Shown: positions 11,404-25,249 of the stretch, piece by piece
Numbering within the stretch: position 1 is the stretch's first letter
Layout of the letters: each line of letters begins with the position of its first letter
Origin: Podospora anserina
Taxonomy: Eukaryota
Assembly: GCA_017654855.1 (NCBI GenBank)
Contig: CM030332.1
Location: 4,588,001-4,652,000, forward strand
Direction: 5' to 3'
DNA length: 64,000 nucleotides
Translations under genes and position numbers: made by a program
The notes under the pieces: model-generated
Database searches by the model: none
Told to the model about the DNA's origin: nothing
Seen by the model: the letters and a program-made list of their open reading frames with translations, nothing else

Positions 11404-14400
11404 TTAGTACGGGATGCCGTTCGTCAACAGCTGGAACTGGTCATATATGCCGGTCGAGTAGCTGCCGTAGCTCTTCTTAATCAGGCCCTTCATAAACTCG
11501 GCGGCCTCACGTTCGGTCTTGTCCAGCACAAAACGCTCCTTGAAGTGCTTGACGCTCTCCGGTTTGAAGCAAGGTAGTCCGCTGTCCATCATGAGTAGCA
11601 CAATCTGCGAGAGCTTCTCCGTGTACTGCCGAGACGCCAAAAATGCCTTGACACACAGTTCTTCGAACCACTTGAAGGCTTGTGTATCTGCACCACCGCC
11701 CATCACGGCAAGCATCTCGGACGTCAGCTTGAAGGGTGCGCGCTCAAACTTGATACCGCCCGGCGCGATGTCAAAGCAGAAGCCGAAATCGATGTGGAGG
11801 ATGTGGCCGGCGTCGTCAATCATGATATTGCCATTGTGGCGGTCCTTGAACTGCAACAGAAACGAGATGACCGAGTAGGCAGCCATACTCTTCACAAAGT
11901 TGTTGCGTGCCTGCTGGAACCGAAGCGAATCCTCGTTGCCATACTTGGAGATGAAGTAATCGTAGAGACCATTGACGGCTTCACGGCCCAGCATGTCGCG
12001 TGAGATGGAGTTGGGAAGAACGTCAATGACGCCGCAGCCTGGCGCTGTCGCCGTGACGCGGTAGGGAAACACGTAGACGTCCAGGCCAACACTGTGGAAA
12101 ATGCCTCGGAAAGCAGCGATCATCTGCAGGGCGAGCACGTCCTGCCGACAATCATCGCCAACCTTGAAGATGGCTGACTGCCAAACCTCAATTGTGTTGT
12201 CGTGATCGGCACTTTGGTTCTCTTGTACCGGTTCCGCGAGCAGCTCCTCGGCCTCATCAAGCTCGGGCTTCTTCTTTTTGATACGGAAGGTCGCCATGAA
12301 GGGTGCTTTGGCGTGGCTCTGTAGCGGTTTACCGGATTTACGGTCAATACCAATGACCGAGCCATCAGGATTGCTGGGAAGGTAGACCCCAACTTCGACC
12401 TTGATCTTTCGCAGTTCCTCCTCGATCTTTTGCTTCTTCTCTGGCTTTGATCTCTTGATCAACGGCTTGAGCTTCCCCGAGATGCTGGTTACCTCGTCAA
12501 AGAAGGAAAACTCGCGCTCGTAAAACTCACGATCCTCGTCCGAAAAGCTGTCCACCATGTGGCCCATGACTTTGTCCAACGTCGGCTTGATGGCGTCGGG
12601 GATCTGCGAGTCGTCGTCTTTGTAAGCATTGGCCTTCATGTTCCAAATGATCTGATGGGCGAAGAGCTGTGAAAACTGTGCGGTTTCGAGGATGTAGCGT
12701 TCGACATAGCCCAAGGCATCGTAGCGCAGAGTCTGTACGATCTGAGGGACGTAAAAGAATGTCACATCCACTGAGTGGCTTTCCAATGCTCGCATAGCAT
12801 ACTGAATAAGATAAGGGTGGTTCTTGTATGCTGGCAAAAACAGCGTCACGGCAGTGATTGGGTTAACAGGAGCCCAGAACAACATGTACTAAAGAGGGTA
12901 ATAGTTAGCATGGGCGTTCATACTGAACAGTGGGCGAGGGAATGCTTACCTTGAGTTGGAAAGTGACGTCCTCTGGAAGGGAACCATCGATAAGAATAGG
13001 CAGTGCCTCGGGTTCTTTGATAGCCTTGGCGGGAAAGTTCAGCAAAAGCCAGCGGACCTCCTTAAGGATACGTGGATACGGGAACCTGCTTGCCAAATGT
13101 ACGGCTAGAGATGGGCTCTCCGCCCAGGCTGTTCGGATCAAGGGGTGAATGCTAGCCTCAAATGGACTTTCTTTGCCGGTATGATGGTGGTGGTGATGGA
13201 AGGTTGATGGAGGTCGTGACGAGTCAGTTGGGCGAACCCAGACGCTCAGTCGAGAAAGCTCGCTGTCCAAAAGCAGTCCAAGGAGCTTTTCTTTGGCCGC
13301 AAGGGACTTGATGCTCCCAGCGGATTGTGCACCAATATTCGTGGTGGCAGCCAGGGCAGTCTGGACATCCGAGATCAGATAGATTTCGGTCTTGAGCTGG
13401 AGAATGTTGCTTCCAAACGACCAGCGCGGTGGAGCTTCGAACCAACCCAAGCCCGCTGACAGAATCTGATCCTTCAGACGATATTGTGCAATCGCGCCCA
13501 TGGTCGAGCTGGTCTTGAGTACCCGAAGGCCAAGAAGGACAACCTGGAACCGAATTTCTCTTGCCATTGGGTGTGGTGTTGAGTGCTTGACAGCCTCAAG
13601 TGTCACATCAAGGAGGCGGAGGAACATGTGGTTCGTGTCAGGGTTACCCAGACGGGTGGCATTGTAATGACTGCTGAGGAACTGCAGTAGCCTTGAGTGA
13701 GGTGCTAGAAGGTTGTGAACCGTCTGTTTGCGCTTCGTCATCGCGGCGCTGTCACTCGGGGCGAATTCCTGCCTCTGGAAGAACGGATCTGGGCTAGCTA
13801 TTGTTGGACTGAAAAGGCCCAGCTTCTTCTGGATGGTGAACTCCCATTGCTGAACAATCTCGGCCAGGATACGTGGCTCCATCCGGGGGTTTTCGTTCAT
13901 GACCCCCAGCCAAAGAGAGATTCCGAGTTTGATGGACTGCTTGGTGAACATGGAAAAGGGTATGCTGACAAGATAATGTGCAATGGAGCATTCGTCACGA
14001 TTACTCCGGCAGAGGAGGGCGGCCGCGCGGCGAAGGATATCGCGGACGTCTGTCACTGATGTAATTTTGCGGTTCAGTGCACGCTTCTCAATGTGGGCAA
14101 GAGCCGTGTTCGCATCTGCGCTTTCGTTGCCAGGAGATGGGAGGTATGAGGCCCTGCGATCTGGTCTCATGAGGCTCATCCATTCCATGCTCTGGTCAGG
14201 AAGTGCCTCAGAGTATCGGTACTCCTGGCGCGTAGTGTATTGTGCCATAAAATCAGAGGCGGTGTTGATGAGGCAGTCCCCAAGCCTGTCAAGCGAGCCA
14301 AGTCTCTGATCCGTGGATGGAATGGTCGAGCCAACTTCAACAGCAAATGATCTGCCAAGTGAGATGTGACCGAAAGCGCTATCGTCATCAAATTCGGAGA

Positions 14401-17373
14401 GGTAGGTCTGAAGCAACCCTTTGACATCGGCTGGCGCAATACTGATGGCACTTGACAACCACCGTTTGGCCTTTTGATACAAGTTCTGGAGAGTAAGCTG
14501 TCTGAACTGGTAGTCGTCCGAAAGCTCCACAACGACGTCCCCCTTGTTCGACTTGAAGGTGGTTCGAGGCTCGTACCGATCAATTTCGGCTTCCAGGCAA
14601 CTGGACCACATCAGGGTCAGGAGCTCGAGCAGCGCAAACAGCGAGGATCGTTGGCACAAGGCTGAGGGTATCGCATCAATCATGCGGTCAGCGCAGCTAA
14701 AAGCAGCCTGCTGAACCCGTTCAATTCGGTGACAGCAACTGGAAAAGATCTTGGCGAGCTGCGTGGCTGCATATTGCGCAGTGAAGGCGGGGTTGGTAGC
14801 GTTGATAGTTTTGACGAGGTAGCGGTCAACGACAGCGTTCATGATACCATCCATGGTCCTGCTCACATCACCTCGCCTCATGCTGGGCTCGAGGAAGTAC
14901 GAGAGTGCTTTGGTACAATCTCCAGCATCTGCCCGCAAACTCTCAACCAAGAAAGCCGCGTGAAGAAAAACGGTCTTGCGGTAGCTCAATCCTTTGATCT
15001 CGCTGCTCCGTGAGGGGACTAATTCGGCAAGGTGCTTCTTCATCAGAGACTCCCGATCCGAACTTTCCCCTCTGCGGAGAATGGGATTTAGGTCAATATC
15101 GCTTTCGTTCTCCTCCCCGCGGTTCTCCAACACCAAAGGCGGGGAGTGTATCGCCATGATCCTCAGATACTTCATGCTTTCTTTTCCGCGGGCTGTCGAC
15201 GCGGTAAAGCCATGGACGACGATATTGAACCATGCGTCACGAAGCATGGAACGTCTATCATCATCGGCGGCGTCGTTCAAGGAAAAGTCAATGGCTGACA
15301 TAAAGGTCGCCAGAGGAGGCAGCAGCTGGGCAATTTCACGCGCAGCCAACTCCAACTCAGAGTCCTTTGTGTGGTTCTGGTGCGTATGTGCGTCTCCCTG
15401 TGAGATGATGCCGTCGAGCAAGTGCTCTAGGTAGGTGTCGTAGAGCGGGGAGTCTGCTCGTATGCTGGCTGAAATATGATTACGAGCTTTCATGACAGAG
15501 TGTAAAAGTGCCTCTCTGTGCTCGACGACGGCATCATGCGCCACGCTGGCGTATTTCTTCAAAAGGTAGCGAAACTCAGATTGCCCCCCGCTGAGAGCCA
15601 GACTGGCAGCGCCGGTAATGATCCGCGCATCGACTGGAGTGCTTAGCTTAACGATCTTTTGTGCAAGCATTGACTGAGCGAGACCGGTAATCTTCTCGTC
15701 CTTACACGCGCTTGCAATCTCGCAGATTGCCTGAACCACGTTACCCTGAACAATGGCCGACTCCTCTTCGCCAGAGAACTGGAAGGATATGGAGCTGCCG
15801 GTCGACTGTCTGCCAGCGTAGATTTGAGAAGAGTCCTGGCCATCTCCATTGGGACCGCCAGGAAGTCCCCGCTCGTTGCCGGGACTCAAGACGTTGCCGA
15901 GTGTGTACAGTGTTGTAATAACGGCGTCCTTGGAAAGCATTTGCAGGACGAAGGCGAGGCACTTTGATGCCACCACCACAATATGACTTTTGGCGCCGCT
16001 CTGGACGATAAATCGAGGAAGCAGGCGGCTGACATTGATGGCGTATGAAGGAGAGACCTTGCACAATAAAGCCATGGACTTGAGGACCACAGGCGCCAAT
16101 TCATGATTTGCCATACCGGACGGGTCGCCAAGTGCTTCTTCTAGCCACGCCATGAGGACCTCGCCATCTGCGGCATCCTCGTTGAGGGTGCACGCATTCA
16201 AGTAGCTGACCAGAGCATAAGCCTTGACAGCAAACGCAAGTTTCTGTTTCGCGGGCAGAAGGCTGTCAAAATCTGCGCTGGATTCCAGGTAGTTCATTTG
16301 GTCAATGGCAACGGTTGCATACAGCTCCACAGAACGAAAGTCTCCCTCGGAACTCCTTGCCGTAAGGGGTCTGCGCAAGCCACGGCCAGACATGATGATG
16401 TCCAGAATGTGCGTCTCCCGCAAAGCATCCTCTTCAGCGACCAAAAGAGAGGTTGCCGCCACTAGGAGCTTCATGAAGCTCTTTTGCAGCAGCATGGCCC
16501 CCAATGGACGGCCGGCATCCTCGTAATGGTGCGTCCATCGCCTCCACTCTTTGACATGGCGATCTGGTGAGTGAAAGTTCCGTATAATGGAGAAGGCGGT
16601 TTCTACGGCGACCAGAAAGGGTTGCGACAGGAGGTCTCGCAACCGAGAAACAAGGCCGAGGCGGCTGCCGGTTCTCCAGAAACTTGTTTGAGCGCAAGCA
16701 GCGTCCAGGAATCCCAGCAGGGCAACGGTAATAGTCGCTGTTCTTGTGGCATCCTCCAAAGCGGCTGGGTCGTCGTCGTCAGTTGGAGAAACACTCTCGG
16801 TGGCATGGGCACAAGCATTGAGAAAGGCAGAGATGCTGTCGGCCACCGTCTGCTGCACATCGGCATGACGATTTCCGAGGGACAGTAAAGCCGCGGTAAC
16901 GTGATAACTCAGTGACTCGGTAGGAGACGGCTCGATCTTGCGGAAAAAGGGGGAATGGGCGAAGGCCTGAACATGGGAGTCGAGCAGATACGGGACAAGG
17001 TGACGGGCCAGTTTCTGGGCGCTCTGGGCACTGCGCAAAGCCGGCGCCGACTTGCAAAGGGCAATAAGAACTTCATATTCGCGAATAGTCTATGTCGAGC
17101 GCGAGGGTCAGGTCAGCCAGAGCATACAAACGACACAGGGACTGGACTGGAGGTGTATCTGTTGGTGGAGTCTACCATGGGAATACGGGCAGCTTCTGGC
17201 CAAGGGGGCCCTCCTGCACTGTGGCCATTGACGCCAGAAAAAGATCGTTTATGGTTGGGGGCAACTCTGCATAGTCTATCCAAGTCTGACTTGTCGAATG
17301 AAGTGCTCGCTGGGTCCGAGGCTGCCAGGGCAGCGATGCGCTCTAAGGCCTTCCGCCGAACGTCACGGGCCAT
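11404..17373 (-). CDS. STT4: Phosphatidylinositol 4-kinase type III alpha
   Basis: Three exons (17373-17176, 17089-12950, 12888-11404). C-terminal kinase motifs LQSHAKAPF, FKVGDDCRQD, KDRHNGN, HIDFGF; ends TNGIPY. Confidence 0.97.
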
Positions 17374-17984
17374 GATGTTGTAGGCTGTTTCTTGCCGTAT
17401 GTCATTCGTAGAGAACGGGGACGGTGAGGTGGTTGTTGATTCCAGAGACTCTCAGGCGCCCGGAGGCTTCCCGGGGAACAAGATACGCTTTGCCTGCGCA
17501 GACCGGGAGGCTGTCCAAATATCACAACCTAACGTCAAATGTTGAAACGAAAAGATTACGGGGCGGCGCGGTGGTGAGATTGGTGGATGTGCACCTTAAT
17601 AACTACCCACTTTCTTCTAGTGGAGTTCTGACCCCCAAATGCCAATCTTCAATTAACTGGGGCATCCCGGGAAAAACGGTGCTGAGTCATCAGGAGCTCC
17701 CCCTGTCGGGTCTGAGGTGCAACTGCCAGCGGCCGGCCTCCAGAGCTTTGGGGAAGCAGGCTGCAGGGCTGACGCGCCAAAGAGGTCCCACCTCAACCTA
17801 TCTGTACAACAACGACCGACCGCATCACCACAGCTTTAGTAGCCAGCTTCAACGTCGCTTGCATCAGCACTCACTAACTACCTTATCTACCTGCTTGAAA
17901 TTTCTCACTACCCCTCGGCTTTGCAATCTGCAGTCTTCCCCATTCCGCAACACCCCAAAACTTGACTCCCCAACCACGTCCACG

Positions 17985-18844
17985 ATGGCCATGTTCAGCC
18001 AGAACCCGCTCTTGAACGGGCCCAACTACTCGTTCAGCGAGGCACCCAAATTCAACGCTCCCGAGGGAGCTCGACAGCATCGCTTTGACCCGTACGCTCT
18101 GACTAGCTGTTTGTTCTCCGCGGCCAGAAACAGGACTAACATTTCTTGTAACACAGATACACCGACAATGGTGGCTCGACCCTTGCCATCGCCGGCGCCG
18201 ACTTCACCATCATGGCTGGCGATACCCGTTTGACCTCGGGCTACAGTATCAACTCTCGGTTCCACCCCAAGGTGTTCAAGATCGGCGGCACAACTTCCGA
18301 CCAGAGTGATGCAACACTGGTTCTCTCGGTCGTAGGGTTTGCGGCGGACGGGGAAGCTCTCAAGGAACGGCTCGATGCCATTTGCAAAATGTACCGCTAC
18401 CGCCATGGGAAACCCATGAGCGTCAAGGCGTGTGCACAGCGGCTGTCGACAATTCTTTACCAGAAGCGGTTCTTCCCATACTACGCCTATGCTATCCTTG
18501 GCGGCCTCGACGAAGAGGGCAAGGGAGCCGTCTACTCATATGATCCAGTCGGCAGCTACGAGCGGGAACAATGCCGGGCAGGCGGTGCCGCGGCCAGTTT
18601 GATCATGCCATTCCTCGACAACCAAGTCAACTTCAAAAACCAGTTCATTCCGGGCAGTGGTGAAGGTCATGCTCTCCAAGAACGCGAGCGACGCCCGTTG
18701 ACTCGTCAGGAGGTCGAGACTCTGGTGAAGGATGCCTTTGACGGGGCTGTCGAGCGTCATATTGAAGTCGGCGACGGACTGCAGATGATGATTATTACAA
18801 AGGAAGGGATTGAGGAGGTCATTTTGCCCCTCAAGAGAGATTAG
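17985..18844 (+). CDS. PRE7: 20S proteasome subunit beta-6 (C5)
   Basis: HRFDP|YTDNGGSTLAIAG across intron 18092-18156; GFAADG, YQKRFFPYY, YSYDPVGSY, ERHIEVGDGL, LKRD end. Divergent from STT4 (~610 bp apart). Confidence 0.96.
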
Positions 18845-21843
18845 AGCGGTCCATAGCTGTTATGGCGGTGACCCAAGGGCAGGCAAAAAGAAGGGCCTTG
18901 GCCTCATTGACACTTTGGAGTCACGACTATGCAAAATCACGAAACCAATGATGATTCTTTAAAGGCCCCTCTTGTTTCCATCTCTGCAGGCTGTGGACTG
19001 CTTGTTGTATTGTTGAAATGTCGACGGTTTCGATTGTCCCGAATGCGTTAACAGTGTCCGGAGCAAGAGATCCGGACAAATTGCGTGGCAGGCCATGTCG
19101 CACTCCGTTTTGATTTCAGCAAGCCACAGCTAGGCTGCCAATTGCGTGCCACAATCTGACGCATGAAAATGACGATAAATTGTGCTGCACAAGTGCCCGT
19201 TGGCTAGCGGAATGGGGTAACCAGAACAAAACATCAAACAACTACCCTGCATAGTCATATATAGTGCACGTTGATACTCCAGCACCTCAAATGCTGTCAT
19301 GCAATCTGATGGTCTGATAACTACTTTTGAGTTCACAGCTGAAACAACATCTGCCCCAAGAAACTCCGCTACTGTGTAAGCTCAACTTGATTGGGACACA
19401 CCGAAGACTACGCATGGGGAACTATGACGGCCACAGGGTATTCAAAAGCTGGTTTTATCTAGATGAGTTTGCGTCAGTGGATTACTCGTGGTGGCCACTG
19501 GAGTTGCGCCTTAACAGATTTATCAGTGGCACAGATCAGATGCTCAACCCCATCTGCCTATGACGTAACTGAGCGCTATCAAAAACCAAGAAAAGGGGAC
19601 GATCTAGTTAACAAAAACATGCATACCTCTATTTGAACCTCGAATGTCTTCACTCAGTACAAAACTAATTGTTCGCAATACCTTGACCGTTCTGGAAATA
19701 ACACTATGGACTTCTCGTCTCAGGCCATCTTCGGTCTAGGTATTGTTGTGATTATACATTCCAAACCAGAATATATCTTACCGTCTTCCTCGGCCATCGA
19801 GTACACTACGTGCCTACCGACACGGGAAGATCCTAGCGAACAGCGGTTCGTCACCACGCACATGTCAACAGACGCTTTTCTACTACCGGCCCTGTGGTAC
19901 GACTTACAAGGTAGGGATGTACACTCCGTGGAGACCGCCTTGTTTGTTGATCAACGAGGACACATGTGCTGTACGCTAAACCTTTATAATCCCCGATTTG
20001 CTTCACGGGTATGACGAAACAAGTGTTTTGTCTCTTCTCATCTCTTTCCTCAAATGGGCATACGTGCATACCAAGAGTTCAGGAAGGCAAGGAGACCAAA
20101 CACCGCACCTACACTAGGTAAGTACATTCCAGTTTGAAATCATAACTATTGTTCAAGGTAAGCGGTGGCAAACTGGGTGAGGGTACACTAGAGCAGCTTT
20201 GCCCCTCTCCCCCATGTCTCGGGACTGAGTGTCGCTCCTACAGTCAATGGAAATTCCCTTGATTCCCATCAAGCGCCTGCATCGAAAATTACCCCTGGTT
20301 CGCCTCTTCTTCAGCCACACACCCGTGACACCCCAAACAGGGTGGTATTTCCCGGCTTTGTCAATAATGACTGCCGCTCTCTCCACAGTCCAATCCGGAC
20401 TCCTCCCTCGCCATCGCTGTTAGCGATCTTATTCCCGATGTTTCTTCCCATCAAGCGCCTCTCGAGTTTGATGGCGCTCGAGCAACAGCGACTGCACATC
20501 TTCGCCTGGACGGCGGCTCAGGACCGGGTCTAGCACTCCCCGCCAACCCGGTGAACCAATCCCGATGTGACCTGTGAACTTGTTGAGCCTGGGCACCGCC
20601 TCCCAGACCCAATCTGTTGATCGGGCACGGTTCTAGATGCAGATAATTATCCCCAGCCCTAGTCTTGTGTGAATGCCGAACCCTACCGCGCGTGGGTTTG
20701 GCCACCCACAAGCCTTGAATAGCAGATCTGCGGCCCCCTCGCCCATCTGGGTTCGCGAGAGGGCCACACCGTTGCCTGAATGGGGTTCCAGGAGGAGCTT
20801 TTGGTTTCACGGGCTCACCCACGTCTCTGGCCAAGAAAATGGGCACCACAGTACACCTTGAGCAAGTTAGCTTTGACAGGTGTTGTTGGGAAGAGATTGA
20901 GAACCATAGACACATTTCGCCGCCGTGCTCTCCCAGCATTACGCATTACGCCACTGAACATAATCCCCCCGTTATTCTATCGCACGACGAAACAACTGCG
21001 CAGATATCACCTGTTCACGGAACTCTGGCGTGTCTGTCTGTCGTAACAGCTTCGGGCTACTGCCGTGTGAAGTTAGTTTAAAAGGTTCATCCGACATCAT
21101 CCACTAACTGGTCCTGACTTCTGAGCCTTGCTGCCCACACCACTGGACCGGATCGCTGTTTTGTTCGCGGTGTCTCTCCAGTTGGGAGGGATCTCGTTCT
21201 GTCTCGCCTCCACGCGCTACTTCCCTGTCTCCTCCTGCTCTTTGCAGATGAACGACCCGCCGCATCGTTAGACCCGGACGAAACATACCGGGCATTTTCC
21301 CCGCCAGATTTGTGTGTCCAACCCATTGGAGCAGCCCTACCGAGTGCTATCGTATCGTGGCGAAGAGTTTACTGGCTGTGCCTACCTAGCTTGGTATCAA
21401 CCCTATCTTGATATCGTCTGCCCGGTGGACTTGCCTCGGCGTTCGATTTTTCTCCTTCTGGCTTTCTGACCTTGCCATCAAGCTGTCAAAGCTGGGTTTT
21501 AAAGGAAATCAAGCTGAAGCTGTGCATCACCCAAGAGCCTACCCAAAAGTATCACACACCCCTGTACCCGAACCTCTCTCGCCCTTGCATTTGACGCTTA
21601 ACCACGGCGATCTCCCTCCCAAAAGATTGGGATTCTGTCAGGTTCGAGAAGCCCTCTACACCCCCCCTCGCACACTTCCCACTAGAGACATCATTTGGGT
21701 CGTGTGAGTGTTGTTGAGAGACTGCTTTCTTGCCATAATCTGCACCCTACAACACAGAAAAAGCAGGAGAACTGAGCAGGTCTCTGGGTGGCGGTATCCC
21801 AAATAGACTCTTGAAGCTGGGTTTGATAGCCTTTGGCATCCCA

Positions 21844-24045
21844 ATGGGAGATACACCACTCCAGCACGGCGCTCCAACAGAGTTCCTCGGACAAGACGCC
21901 CCTCCGGGAACGCTTTCGGTCTCATCCTCAAGTCTCGGGCCGGGTCACATCGCTGCTGAGCATCCGTCCGTGTACCCCTCGACACGCCCTCAACAGCAGC
22001 CAGACGCCGGATCGCAACATGCTTTTGCAACTCAACTCGAAATGACGCATCAACAAAGAACCGGGGGCTTCGATATGAGCAGCATGGCCAACGCCCTGCC
22101 CCAGCAAGCATACCGACCGGGCCCTTACGGACAAAGCCCACAGAGATATAACGCGCCTGGAATATCATCCCCCGGAACGGCGCCTCAAATCCCTGTCTCT
22201 CAATATGGGGCACCGAACGCTATGGGACCGGCCGCCCCTTCTCCTCAGTATTACATACCACAACCGCATATGGCGGCGCAGTACTACCCGACTCCCCTAC
22301 CCCCCCAGCAGCCAGCGGGTGCTAACATGCCACCTCCGGGAGATGTGAACTACTATGGTAGCCATGTTGTTGTGAACCAACAACATCACCCAGGCGCACA
22401 CTACTATTACCCGCCGACCGCACACTTTGCTGGGCAGTCACCGCATGTAGCAACACAGCTCATGCTTGGACAGTATGCGCAATCGAATCTGCACCACCTC
22501 GATGCTGGTGCGCAACACCCGCATCTCAACAATCAAGGGGTTCCCATCCATTCCCCAGCCCATCATGGAACGCGTGAGTTGCTTCACTAGTCCCGCACGC
22601 AAGTCTCATCTCTAATGTCAAACAATAATAGCCTCGACAGAAAGCCGTCAAAATAATGTTGTTCGCGGTCCTCCCCGAAAGCCGCGCCAGAGTGGTGAGT
22701 GTTCTCAAGTCTTCCCGAGTGTTGGTGGACTCAACAAGAACTGACAAAGTCTCCTGAACAGGCCACGCCATATGGATCGGCAACCTACCTCCTCAGACAG
22801 AGCTCATGAGCTTGGTTCATCACGTCTGCAAGGAAGCTGATGGACTGGAGTCACTGTTCCTCATCTCGAAAAGTAACTGCGCGTTCGCGAACTTCAAGGA
22901 CGAACAGTCATGCATCGCGGCGCAACGAAAACTCCACGACTCCAAATTCATGACTGTCAGACTGGTCAGCCGGTTGCGAAAAAGCACGGTAGAAGGACCT
23001 GCCGGTATCACGGCACCGACAGGACCGGCTATCTCGTCAACGCCGACGGTAACAGCGGCTCAGGAACAAGCTGCTACTATTGGAGCCGATTCGGATGAAA
23101 CAAAAACTCCCGCTTCTTCGACGCCGGCGGCCGCTGCCGATTCGAGTGTAACAAGCCCCAAGGTGGAAAGTGGTTCTTCTCAGAAGGACAGGTTCTTTGT
23201 TCTCAAGAGTCTGACGGTGGAGGACTTGGAGCTGAGTGTCAGAACGAATATATGGGCGACTCAGTCGCATAACGAAGGGACCCTCAACAATGCCTTTAAA
23301 GTAAGTGTTCTGGCCATGTTCTCAACCTGATTTCGTTATTTCAACGTACAGGACACACCTGGCTAACTGTGTTTCCAAACAGGACTCGGACAACGTCTAT
23401 CTCGTATTCTCTGCAAACAAATCTGGCGAATACTTTGGCTACGCCCGCATGACATCTCCCATCAACGACGACCCCGCAGCAGCGATAGAATTTGCACCCA
23501 AGGCACAGTCCTCGGCTGATGTTGACCTTCCCAAGGCCATAGCCACCGAAGCCACCGAATTCGCGCCCAAGGGCCGGATTATCGATGACTCTGCCCGCGG
23601 CACCATTTTTTGGGAGGCAGACCGCGGAGACCAGACGCCTGATGGCGGGCAAGATGAGGAATCCGGTGGGTCGGTCGGTGGGGACGGTGGAAGTGTCCAA
23701 GGTGTTGGTCAAGAGAATGGGGTTGGTGTTGAGTCTAAAGCATGGGGCAAGCCGTTCCGACTGGAGTGGTTGTCAACGGCGAGGCTTCCGTTTTATAAGA
23801 CTAGGGGACTTAGAAATCCCTGGAACTCCAACAGGGAGGTGAAGATTGCCAGAGACGGTACAGAGCTGGAGCCCTCAGTTGGAAGGAGGCTGATTGGGTT
23901 GTTCAACAGGATACAGAGTCCGGCCATGCCTATCATTCCAGGAATGGGGCCAGGGCCAGTGCCTGTGCATGTCCCTGTGTCAACGGCCGGAATCCCGCTG
24001 GCAGCCGGTGGCTACCCCCTGCCGCCGAATGTGTTGATGAGGTGA
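21844..24045 (+). CDS. RRM + YTH-domain RNA-binding protein (YT521-B-like) with a Q/P/Y-rich N-terminus
   Basis: ATG 21844; introns 22574-22631, 22695-22761, 23301-23382. RRM (AIWIGNLP...CAFANF); YTH (RFFVLKS, IWATQSHN, YLVFSANKSGEYFGYARM, LRNPWNSNREVKIARDGTELEP). Confidence 0.93.
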
Positions 24046-24820
24046 TTAATTGGATATGGGTGCTTTGTGTGTCGAGTCTCTTGGAAGGATGCTGCTGGCT
24101 GGCAAAGACTTGTACGATGGTACCTACTACTAGAGACAGCGACATGCTTCCCTCGTCGTGTATTTTGAATGGCATCTCTATAGTGTACAATCAGCCTTGT
24201 TCTATTGATTGCTTGTCTTACCTTCCAGTACATAGTCTGGCATCAATGAGCTCTGCATCAAGCTTGGGTAAAGCTTCCCATGTCTTCTGCCTCAGTGCCT
24301 TCTCAGCTAGCTAGTTACACACGGACCACTTAGTGCAGTGTGCACCGAAAGCTGTCGAAGCTTCTAACTGGTTCGGTTGTGGTGTCAAGAGTGGCCCCAC
24401 CCTTCCCGTCTTGGCAGGAACTGGTGCCGAAACATGGATGCCCTGTCTAGCCGCCATCAAGATAACTTGACCTTCAACATCGATATCAGATGGTTGTGGT
24501 AACCTTTGGTGTTGCTGAAGGAAGGCGTAACTAAAACATGGTCATCTGAGTGTGCTCAACTGGCTAGGTAGAACGCGAGCAGATGGCGTAAACGCCTCTC
24601 GCTCAACAACTGATGACTCCGATGGTGTGAATCACCGCCGGCCTGGCCACATCGATATCAGAGACAGCCACCGGGTATCTACGCCAAAGTATGACTTCTT
24701 GAAAGAGCAAAAAGCATGCAAAATCTAGGTAATTTCCAGTTCTGATTTGTCCATTTGCTAGGCAGTATGAAAGTCTAAAGTTGATTCTCATTTGTTTTTG
24801 GATGAGTTGTGGTGGACTTT

Positions 24821-24973
24821 GGAACCTTCTGGAGCCTTCGCAAGTCAGCCTTCCTTCCTTTTGTTTCTGGCAAGTCGACCTGCAAATGCAGTGTGTGCAG
24901 CACATCATGATGCAAACACCTCTTTCCGCAGCGTGTCATGCTTCTGCCCGGAGCATCAGGTCCTTTCTAGAAG
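24821..24973 (+). promoter_or_regulatory. Heat-shock elements upstream of hsp30
   Basis: GAAccTTCtgGAGccTTC at 24822-24839 and TTCtaGAA at 24965-24972; TATA-like TATATTAA ~25062; 280-430 bp upstream of a small HSP gene. Confidence 0.7.
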
Positions 24974-25249
24974 CTACAGGTAGCATCACACTCTTTTCTT
25001 TTTGCTGTGGGCTTGAAGCTTGTGGAAAACGCCATCAGGCTTGACCAAAGCTCCTCTCAAGTATATTAAGCCTTTGAATCTCTTTCAACCTCTCCAACTC
25101 TTTTCTCCCAAGATCAACAACAACAAAGCAAAGCAAAGCAACCACAACAAGCTCTCAGCTCTCAAACGCACTTCAATCTTCCCCGCTCTTCATAACAACT
25201 TTCCAATTCTCACAACTCAACAACAACAACCTTCAACCACTCTTTAAAA

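Noticed and set aside
17374..17984. Rpn4/PACE element for PRE7
   Set aside because: No GGTGGCAAA match seen; only partial GGTGG sequences.
17424..18233. 269-aa ORF spanning the STT4-PRE7 promoter
   Set aside because: GTG-started extension of PRE7 exon 1 reading through its intron; the real start is ATG 17985 or 17991.
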